The notes under the pieces are model-generated. The model ran no database searches, had not been told where the DNA came from, and saw only the letters and a program-made list of their open reading frames with translations. The position numbers and the translations under genes were made by a program. Shown here in pieces: positions 54,910-64,000 of a stretch of 64,000 bases of DNA (within the stretch, counting starts at the first letter, position 1; each line of letters starts with the position of its first letter). The stretch is from an uncultured Methanosarcinaceae archaeon. GTDB lineage: Archaea > Halobacteriota > Methanosarcinia > Methanosarcinales > Methanosarcinaceae. Location of the stretch: assembly GCA_963733675.1 (NCBI GenBank), contig CAVTET010000004.1, forward strand, positions 256,001-320,000. Reading direction: 5' to 3'.

Positions 54910-55449
54910 ATGCCATCAAATCCAGTACAGGGGGCAGGCTATAGATTTGTAGGACCTAAAGTTATTATCTTGACCATTATTTTTTACCTCATTCCGCTCT
55001 CCGCAATAATCGTTTACAGTCTCTATCGTCCTTTTCTCTCACTTCTAGATCCATTAATGCATGATCAAAATCCATTAATGTATGAAGAACAACTGTTCAT
55101 CCTTGTTGCATCAGCTGGTGCTCTTGGGAGTTTAGTTCGTGCTCTTCGATTTTTCTATTGGTATGTAGGTAATCGTGAACTGGTCTAGAGCGGGCTTCCT
55201 ATATATTTTCTTTTACCAGTTGCTGGGGCAATGCTCAGGCTTATTTTTTATATTGTAATCCTCGGCGGGCTCTGTGGTCCGGATCAGACTCCAAGCACTT
55301 TTGGCCTTGTAGCTATTTCGGCCCTAGTAGGCCTGTTCTCAGTAGAGTCTTCGCTTAAACTTCGGGATATAGCTGAAACAGTGTTTAAAAAGGCAGGTGA
55401 AGGGCGGGAGTCAAAACCACAAGTTAGTGAGGAGTATAAATATGAATAA
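54910..55449 (+). pseudogene. Multi-pass membrane protein interrupted by a single in-frame TAG (55186-55188)
   Basis: AGALGSLVRALRFFYWYVGNRELV*SGLPIYFLLP...ALVGLFS...LKLRDIAETVF; both halves in one frame. Confidence 0.75.
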
Positions 55450-55487
55450 AATTGAGAAGGAAATTCAACCAGGTGGAGATGTTAATA

Positions 55488-56358
55488 ATGGCAAATGAGC
55501 AGGAAGAGATAGATTGGGACCTCCTTCTTGGGAGAATCAAGGATAAAAATTGTACTCCTTTTCTTGGAGCCGGGGTTTGTGCTGGAAATATTCCTTTTGG
55601 TTCCCAGATTGCAAGTGAATGGGCAAAAAAGTACGACTACCCAGTGGAAGACTGTTATGACTTGATACGAGTGGCTCAGTTTGTGGCTGTGAACAAAGAC
55701 GCTATGGTTCCAAAGGAAGTGATGTGTAAAAAAATCAATGAACTATTAAAAGAAGTCACACAAAGTTACTTTGAAATTCCTGATGAACCTCACCGAGTGC
55801 TAGCCGATCTCCAACTGCTAATTTATATTACTACAAATTACGATGACTTAATGGTGCGAGCTCTTAAAAGCCGTGGCAAAGAACCAATCAAGGAATATTG
55901 TCGGTGGAATAAAAGCATCCAGAAACACGAACAAACGTCATCAGACTTCGATCCTACTCCAGAAAACCCTTTAGTATTTCACCTCCATGGCATCTAGGAA
56001 GTACCAAAGTAGCTGGTTCTAACAGAGGACGACTTCTGGACTTCTTTGTTGCCATTTCGAGGGATCTAAACCTGCTTCCGCTGCGTATTCAGGAGGCATT
56101 TACAGACACATCTCTTCTTTTTCTAGGCTACAGGATAGCTGATTGGGATTTCCGTGTTTTTTCCGGATTCTTGCTGAATACTTGGAAATAAGTAGTAAAA
56201 AACAACACTATTCCGTGCAACTCGTGCCAGGGAATGTTTCAGAGGCCCAAAAAGAAAAAGCTCAGGAATATCAGGATCACTATTTTGCGGAGCTTGATAT
56301 CAAAGTATACTGGCACGATCGCCGCGAATTTGCCGCAGAATTGAGAATACGATTGTAG
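55488..56358 (+). pseudogene. SIR2-like (SIR2_2) domain protein
   Basis: TPFLGAG, YITTNYDDL, VFHLHG, LVLTEDD, LLFLGY.IADWDFR; two TAGs and two frameshifts. Confidence 0.85.
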
Positions 56359-56379
56359 GCTTTAAATCGTGGGACCTGA

Positions 56380-57570
56380 ATTCCAGGCTTATGGGGGCCC
56401 TCGACCTTTTGAAGAGATAGAGAATGCCATTTTTTTTTTGGAAGAGATCGTGAAGCTCGAGGTCTCGGGTCCCTAGTCATTGCACATCGTTTGGTTCTAA
56501 TCTATGCCCAGTCGGGTGCAGACAAGACTTCACTTATCAAAGCAGGGCTTACTCCTCGCCTGAAGGAAAAACGGTTTGAAGTTCTCCCGGTGGCGCGAGT
56601 TAAAGATATAAAAATTGGCGTGATTTCGAACATATATGTCTTTAATACTCTCACATGCTGGGCTAAAGGTGATTATGATGTTGAGCGCCTGGCTAAAATG
56701 AAACTTGTTGATTTTTTGAATTCACGAGAGCATATGCCGGATGAAGTTGGTATGCCTTTACACAGTGCCGTTATCTTCGATCAGTTTGAAGAAATATTCT
56801 CTTTGTATCAAGAACGCTGGAAAGCAAGAGAGGGATTCTTTGAGCAAGTAAACACTGCTCTGGAAGCCGATCCTCTTTTAAGGGTGGTTTTTGTTATACG
56901 GGGGGAATTCATAGCTCAGCTAGACCCTTATGCAGATCTTCTGCCCGAAAGATTGCGGGCGCATTTTCCCATTGAGCGCCTACGCCGTGAGGCTGCACTG
57001 CACGCAATCAGAGAGCTGGTGGAAAAAGCTGATCGCTATTTTGCAGAAGGCGTGGCAGATAAACTTGTAGACGATTACTGAAAGTTCGAGTTGGAGACAA
57101 CGCCAGGCAAGACCAAAGAGGTAATAGGAGAGCTCATAGAAGCTGTGCAGCTTCAGGTGGTATGCCAAAACCTCTGGCAAGAGTTACCACCCGATGAAAA
57201 GCAAATCACGTTTCAGCACCTAGAAACCTATGGCAAGTAGAAGAGGTACCTTCAAGATTTTACGAAGAGGCTATAAGGGCAGCTGCAGCGAAGGCATACA
57301 TTGATGAGGAGGGCCTGCGCAGATTGTGCGGTGGAGTGTTGATAACGACGATGGGAACGCGGGGGATGGTGTACCGGGATCTAGAGTCCATTGCTGGTAT
57401 TCCCAATGCAGCCATTGAAGTGCTTGAAAACATGCACCTTATTAGAAAAGAGGTGCGGGCAGGTGCGCACTGGTATGAACCGACACACGACAGATTTATC
57501 AAACCGATACTATCTTCTAACAAGGTTTTTAATGATGAACGGGCAGAGATAGAACGGGCTGTAAAAGCAA
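56380..57570 (+). pseudogene. STAND-class NTPase (nSTAND1-like)
   Basis: G.RPFEE..FFGRDRE, LIYAQSGADKTSLIKAGL.P.L (degenerate Walker A), IFDQFEEIF, QLQVVCQNLW, YEPTHDRFIKPI; several breaks. Confidence 0.85.
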
Positions 57571-57578
57571 GTAGTATT

Positions 57579-58535
57579 ATGAGATGGTATGGGCTAGATG
57601 CAGTAGACAGAGCATTTTCAAGGACAAGAAAAGCCCTTCTTGAGCCTTTTGATTTCTGGAAATGGGCAAAAATCGCAATCATCATTTTTCTAGTACCCAT
57701 TGGCTTTCTGTTATTAAACAAGATTCTCTTGAAGTACAGTAATTCGAGTGCTGTTTTGATCCTTCCATTCCTGTTCTTTCACTTCCTGATCTATGTTTCC
57801 AATGTTATGGAAATTGTTTTTGTAGAATCTCTGGTAAGGAACGAAGTAAAATTCTGGAATTACTCACGAAGGTTCCTAGGGAAGGCATTTTACCTCATGT
57901 TGAGGCGTTTAGCCCTGGGTATGGGGTACTCCCCTTCTTTTTAGCCGTCATGATTCTGGTGAGTCTGGTATATATCGTGCCCAATGTAAGAAATGTACCG
58001 GATAATATCTTCTCCCAAATTTCCTGGATGGCCTTCATGTTTATTGTGCTGATAGTTATTGTGCTGATCTGGCTTGCAATAAATTCTCTCTTTAAACCTT
58101 GCAATTCCACTTTTCATTTACCGGAAAACCGGGATTCTTTCGGCATTCCGTATGGTCTGTGGAAATTTCAGAAAAAGCTGGCAGGAAGTTTTAGTTTACT
58201 GGTTTGGCAGATCCGCGCTCTGGGTTAGAATATTTATTCCTAGTATTTTTCTACAAGTTGTGCTGTTTTTAGGGAACTCTTTCTTTGTTCTTCACAGGAT
58301 TCAGTATTCCCATTTATTGTAACTCCGTACTTTGATACTCCTGATCCCCCTTATCATTATAGGACTATTTTTGATCCTGGGAGCCCTGCTTTTTTATGTT
58401 ATCTGGGGCGTTTTCCTGGAGTACTACCTGTTGAGTTTCTTTGAAACCCGGTTTACAGATTCAGATATTCCCTTTTTTGATGTTTCTGTCCAGGAGTCTG
58501 ACAATGGTTTGAGCGAAGTTGAGGTTCATTTTTGA
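57579..58535 (+). pseudogene. Methanogen multi-pass membrane protein-like region, in frame with end of STAND ORF, frameshifted
   Basis: MRWYGLDAVDRAFSRTRKALLEPFDFWKWAKIAII...VFVESLVRNEVKFW..., F.EYYLLSF. Confidence 0.65.
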
Positions 58536-59537
58536 GTTAAACGTAAGAAAATTCAGGGCTTGAACCGGTGTTTTTAGTCGGTTTCCCTGAATTTTCAGGG
58601 CATTCAGGCCAGCTTTGAAATAACTTACGTTCAGCAGGTCGATATTAAAAATTAGAATATTTTTCTTGAACAGTTTTTGAACATTCACTAACTATATGGT
58701 AGGTTTAAAACTAGTTAACGTGTGGCTCAATTCCCATGGTATATAAATATTTAATCCTTTTTTCATTAAAGTTTAGTACTAGAGACTAATATTCGACTAT
58801 ATGTAATCTTAAAAACTACGTATACTCATCAAGTATTATTTCAAAAACACGATCATCAAAAAGTACCAAACTTAAATGTCGACCTCTGAAAGTAAGATAT
58901 AATAAACGTTCATTTGTATTCAGTTAAGATGCGGATACCCTAAAGATTGTTATTTTTATGTGAATATCCACAAATTATGCCGTAAAATTGCTATGTATGG
59001 TATTCGAAGTTGTGCATAAAATTCGTTAATCGATAAAAAATAAAAATAATTTTGGATGGTGCCTCGGGAAAAAACTCAAGAAGAAAATTAGGACAATTAT
59101 ATCAAATACACCGAAATGAGCTCTTAAAAAATTAATTATATCTGACCTCTGCTTTCCTATAGCTAACTTAACATTATCATCAGTAAAAAACTGCTCATAA
59201 ACTCTCTTCTATATTCATCTTCCAAAGCTTTAAAAAACTTATAACCACATTTTCAATGCATCTTAACTAATTATAATAAAAGACAACAGTGATAATATTT
59301 AGAACATGTATTTTCATAGGCACATATAGCAGTAAAGTACCTATAATAATGATAATAGGAAAAAATGGAGTTGTTAATTTGTTGCAGTTTCGTACAAAAG
59401 TTCAACTTATTATCAAATAAGAAGTATAAAAATAAAACAAATATTTTGTTGACGTCATAAACCCTTAAAAATCACTGTTGTGAATATTTCTCAGTAGCAT
59501 TGCATTTTTTCTTAATACCTATTACCCTAATTTTCAG

Positions 59538-59620
59538 TGCGAGGGATGCAATTCGAACCAAGAGTTCATACGGAAGTAGATCCTCAACCTATCGCCTTTG
59601 ACCGATTGGGCAATATTGGC
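59538..59620 (-). pseudogene. Degenerate tRNA-Leu(GAG)
   Basis: GCCAATATTGCCCAATCGGTCAAAGGCGATAGGTTGAGGATCTACTTCCGTATGAACTCTTGGTTCGAATTGCATCCCTCGCA: D-loop GG, GAG anticodon, long variable arm, GTTCGAAT; acceptor and T stems mismatched. Confidence 0.8.
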
Positions 59621-60337
59621 ATGCTTAAGGGCAGATTTAAGAAAAAAGGGCTTAGAAAGATTTAGATTCAGTCATTTTACAACTGTCTTATTAATTATTT
59701 AATTTCTTTCTACTTAATATACATAAACCTTTTTGAGTAAATCGAAACAGAAAATTATATTACATTTTAACGTAATTTAACCAATTTTATATTAGACATT
59801 ATATTATTATTTATTTCACTATGTTCCACTCATTTTTAATTAGACAGAGATATATATATAATTATATCAAATTAATCTAATAGATAGCTGGCAATATACA
59901 GATGTATAAACATGTGGAATTTGTTTACCTACTTGGCCATATCATTCATTGAAAGTTAGATTAATTATTAATCTGTTGTCATATAAAAAAATAAATGATA
60001 TTCTTGTGTACATCTACAGAAAGTGAGATACATGATAATTTTATAAAATTTGTCGCTTATTTTATGCAGAACAAAGAAAAAAGGGATAAAAGATGACTTA
60101 ATAGGTACTGACCAAAATATCTCAAACATCTTGTTGTAAGACAAAAAGAAGCTATTTTTATAAGCTAGGCTTATAAATTTGATATTGATCAGCATTAGCT
60201 GGCAATTGATTACTGTTAACCTTCAATTCACATGATTGCTAATATGTCATGGGTTATAAGTTTGGGAAATTATCGCGAGTTTTAAGGATAGCTCATTACC
60301 CATATTAATCACTCAAATTAAAAAAATTAGAGGAAGT

Positions 60338-61324
60338 ATGACTTTGAATCTGGAAAGACTTGCCGAAAGGCTAAAAAATTTTGAAGGAGTCTGCCGAAAA
60401 AAGCAGATTGAGGATATTGTTTCAATCTTTGAAGCCGTTCGTCCTGAATATAAGAACTCAGTTGTCGATTTCGGGGATGATGCAGCAGTTATAGATATAG
60501 GAGGGGATGATTTCATCCTCTTTGCAGCCGATGGAATATGGGGGAGGTTACTGGATGCCAGTCCCTGGTGGGCAGGCTATGGATCTGTGGTAGTGAACAT
60601 CAACGATATTACAGCAATGGGTGGAAAGCCGCTTGCTATGGTAGATGTGGCTGCTTCAAACTCTTCGAAAGCTTGCAGGGAGCTCATGGAAGGCCTAGCT
60701 GAAGGGGTTAGAAAATTCGGAGTTCCGATAGTAGGAGGACATGTACATCCTGATGCCCAGTATAATTCTATTTCAGTTGCTATTATAGGGATCGTCAAAA
60801 GGGATTGTGTAATTCGTAGCGATACAGCAAATCATGGAGATCTTGTGATTGCAGCCTATGATATGGATGGGAAAATAGGGCCTAACTCTCCCTACAGTTG
60901 GGATACGACATCTTTCAAAGCACCGGAAATAATCAGGAAAACCTACCTTGTAACCCAGGAAATAGGAACGAAAAAATTTGCCACTGCAGGTAAAGACATA
61001 AGCAACCCTGGACTTATAGGGACACTTGGAATGCTTTGTGAGACCAGCGGTGTTGGTGCCTCAGTAGATCTCAAAAAAATTCCAAGACCGCCAAATGTGG
61101 ACTTTGAACAATGGTTGAAAGTGCATCCTGGAACAGGTTACGTGTTTACAGCATCCCATGAGAACGCAAAAGAATGCATAAATGTCTTTAAAGAAGCTGG
61201 ACTTACAGCTGTAGTTATTGGAAAAATTGAAAAAGGCTCAAAACTCGATATATATGACAAAACAGATAGAGTAACTGTTTTTGACTTCTCAAAAGAAGGT
61301 ATTACAGGTATCTGTTCCGAATAA
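60338..61324 (+). CDS. Methanogenesis marker protein 2 (AIR synthase/PurM-like)
   Basis: FEGVCRKKQI, GDDAAVI, VNINDITAMGG, GGHVHPD, GKDISNPG. Confidence 0.92.
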   Translation: MTLNLERLAERLKNFEGVCRKKQIEDIVSIFEAVRPEYKNSVVDFGDDAAVIDIGGDDFILFAADGIWGRLLDASPWWAGYGSVVVNINDITAMGGKPLAMVDVAASNSSKACRELMEGLAEGVRKFGVPIVGGHVHPDAQYNSISVAIIGIVKRDCVIRSDTANHGDLVIAAYDMDGKIGPNSPYSWDTTSFKAPEIIRKTYLVTQEIGTKKFATAGKDISNPGLIGTLGMLCETSGVGASVDLKKIPRPPNVDFEQWLKVHPGTGYVFTASHENAKECINVFKEAGLTAVVIGKIEKGSKLDIYDKTDRVTVFDFSKEGITGICSE

Positions 61325-61436
61325 TCTGGATTTTTCTACCTGTTTTAAATTTCTGCTGAAGTAAGTGTTTTATTTTTGCTGCCATTTCAATTCGATATTT
61401 CTGGTCAATCTGACCACTGGTTCGGATTTAATAAGA

Positions 61437-61745
61437 TTACTGTTTTTCAATCCATGCCTTCATTTCTTCGTGAAGGAACTTTTCAGCGGCCTGAACCCTC
61501 TCAAGAGGGCCACGGAGAGCCAAAAGTTCCCTTTCTTCGCTGTTTGCGACCCCCATAAATATTTTTCTGGTTACAGGCTCAAGATCAAATTCTTCGACGA
61601 TATCGTAGATAATAGACACAATCGTGCCAGGGGGAATTATCAGATCGTACCACTCTTCGGCACCTAAATCACCGCATTCTTCATTTTTTTCTTCTTCAAA
61701 TTGCTTTGCTGTAATTAATTCATCAAGATTCAGTATTTTATGCAT
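61437..61745 (-). CDS. Conserved hypothetical protein
   Basis: YDLIIPPGT...ELLALRGPLE.VQAAEKF; acidic 102 aa. Confidence 0.75.
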   Translation of the reverse strand: MHKILNLDELITAKQFEEEKNEECGDLGAEEWYDLIIPPGTIVSIIYDIVEEFDLEPVTRKIFMGVANSEERELLALRGPLERVQAAEKFLHEEMKAWIEKQ

Positions 61746-62337
61746 CCTGGGCCACCGTCTTCCTGTTTTCTTAATCTTTAGCTCTCAGTATATCATGACA
61801 AGAAGCAAATATAAGCTAAATTAGATGTATTAGCCTTTTGTATGTTCTTTGTCCTAGAAATAAATCAGATAGATCCAAATAATAGACAAACATGTTAAGC
61901 AATTTATATGATCTCTTTTTTGTATTAACTTCTTAAAGATATGATTATATCTATAATCTGGATGTCTATTTGTAGAAGTTGGTAATTCATTTTATTACTG
62001 GGATTCTAGTCTTTAAGCCATACATCCTTATTATAATTATCAGTAGTTTCGATTTTATGCAGTTCTGAATGACTACTCTTATTCTTTGTCAATTTTTCCT
62101 CAAATGTTTCACAAGACAAAAACTATCAATTAATCTTAATTTCATTTTCTTGTAGTCGGCCTAAAAAATTCAATATTGTAAAATTCTGAAGTAGAAATTA
62201 TATATTATTTCCACTAAACTATTCTCATTAATCATAATAAATTAATTTCTTTTTTCTTTTTAGCTTACCTTTTTTCTGTCGTTAGGGTTCAAATTATTCT
62301 ACTCACTTTTGATGTTTTTTTCCACAATACTTTTTAG

Positions 62338-63191
62338 GGTTCCGTTGCAAAAAATCCTTTCTAATGATACAATAGAATAAAAAGAAAACCAAAGATAGTA
62401 ACATGCTATCTAATTCCTTTAAATGGAAGCATTATGAAGGGGAAATTATCTTATTGAATGTAAGATGGTACTTAAAATATGCATTAAGTTATAGAAATTT
62501 AAAGGAAATGATGGCAGAAAGGGGAGTAAAAGTCGACCATACAACAATCATGAGATGGGTACATCAATATTCCCCTGAAATCGAAAAGAAGATAAGAAGA
62601 CATTTAAGACTAACAAATTATTCGTGGAGAGTTGACGAAACCTATATCAAAGTAAAAGGTAAATGGAAATATTTTTACCGAGCAGTTGACTCAAATGGAG
62701 ATACAATTGATTTCATGTTAAGTTCAAAACGAGATAGAAAAGCAGCAAAGAGATTCTTTAAGAAAGCTTTAAGTTCTAATCATAATCAAATTCCAAGATT
62801 AATAACCGTTGATAAGAATCCAGCTTATCCACCTGCTATAGATAAACTAAAAATTGATAAAATACTACCTAAAAACGTAGGCATTCGACAAATCAAGTAT
62901 TTGAATAACATTATAGAACAAGATCACAGATCTATAAAGAGAATCGTTAATCCAATGTTAGGATTTCAGTCTTTTCGATCTGCTAATAAGACTTTAAAAG
63001 GAATTGAAGCTATAAATATGATCAAAAAGGACAAGTAATCGATTTAAATTACTCTGTTCTTAATGAAGTCAAATACATTAATCAATTATTTGGTATAGTT
63101 TTATAATGTTAGTACATTTTCCTTGAATGTTTTGATTTTTATTAATCACTTATAGATTTACATATTTTTTTGAAGTTTTTGCAACGGAACC
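62338..63191 (+). mobile_element. IS6-family element, transposase with late 1-bp frameshift (62403-63038)
   Basis: Both TIRs; one A missing in the poly-A run near 63025. Confidence 0.95.
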
Positions 63192-63900
63192 ACATTTCTA
63201 TATCCTACCTTTTCTGTATTCATAAGGTATTTGCTTGGCAAATTTGTCTATTAGATCCAATATTTTGTTTGTTGCAAATAAGATGCATTCTCTATACTGA
63301 TACGATATTGCTCCAAATATTGAAAGTTGATCCTCAGTCCTTAAACTTCAAACACGATATAAGTATTTCCTTTTTCTCTCTTTATACTTTTCAAGATTTT
63401 CCTTGATATTCTTTTGTTTACTAGTTGCACTTGCAAATCCCAGTTCGGCTTAGTCAATTTTTTGGATAACTTGCCTGCTAAAAACTCCTTATCCAAATAT
63501 AATTTAAACTTTTACTCCAATTGTTTTAATTTTTTTCAAAGAAGTCTTTCATGAGGTTCAAATGTTCTTTGATTATCCATTTATGTCAATGACATCAATT
63601 GTTAGCTTAAAGAAGTCAATTATATCCAAGGTTTAGAACGAATATTCCTGAAAATTTCATTCTTCAGATTTAACCTTTTTTATAAATATGGAGTTTCTAT
63701 GTCACCATAAATATGGAACATCATGAAAGTCAATAGCAATGTCTTGAAACTTAGTTTCAGGATCAATTACCTCAAAAGCATTTATAGTTTATTTTTTTGG
63801 ATGAAGAATATGCATTTTCGGTAGGATTAGATTTTATATTATTTAGAATAGTATTTAGCTAAAAAAATTCTTATTTTTGGCATTTTTTAACTTTAGATGT
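63192..63900 (-). pseudogene. ISH3/IS4-like transposase remnant cut by IS6
   Basis: AFEVIDPETKFQDIAIDFHDVPY/YGD...LYLDKEF; many stops. Confidence 0.6.
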
Positions 63901-64000
63901 TGGTTGCAGATTTAAAAGAATTAAAATAACACTTTGCAGATGGAATAAAATATCATCAATTTTTCGGTCGCTATAATTTGCTTCATCAAATAAAGTCACT

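Noticed and set aside
55990-56170. Pyrrolysine read-through rescuing the SIR2 gene (two TAGs)
   Set aside because: Two frameshifts follow (near 56033 and 56160), so amber suppression alone cannot restore it

Overview
AT-rich archaeal chromosome segment, almost certainly Methanosarcina (ahb heme genes, methanogenesis marker 2, FDR/methanoredoxin pair). The intact core comprises gltX, pyrDK, two tetrapyrrole/alternative-heme clusters (hemCL; ahbD-ahbA-ahbB-sirC-hemA; SUMT-hemD-ahbC, no hemB seen), trm1, and a sulfur-metabolism neighbourhood (SAMP/MoaD, LarE-like, cysE-DUF59, cysK, HTH regulator, iscSU, ubaA, metX-CBS, bioB). Between these lie many pseudogenes and mobile DNA: four full-length IS6 copies plus fragments, IS1- and ISH3-like remnants, MITE/REP-like repeats and a degenerate tRNA-Leu. 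Most notable: (1) a complete 2.3-kb transposon with a 9-bp TSD, a SWIM-finger-DDE transposase, 20-bp-periodic subterminal repeats and two tiny passenger ORFs; (2) a TCACAATTGTGA palindrome at promoters across the sulfur cluster, including the regulator's own, suggesting a regulon; (3) a ~160-bp element present three times, built on 9-bp GTTCCANNN repeats, that keeps a MEL/MEHLEL micro-ORF with synonymous changes; (4) a decayed membrane protein + SIR2 + STAND NTPase locus; (5) a Tc-toxin A remnant and a secreted Gly/Cys/Tyr-rich peptide. All calls come from reading the sequence by eye; no searches were run.
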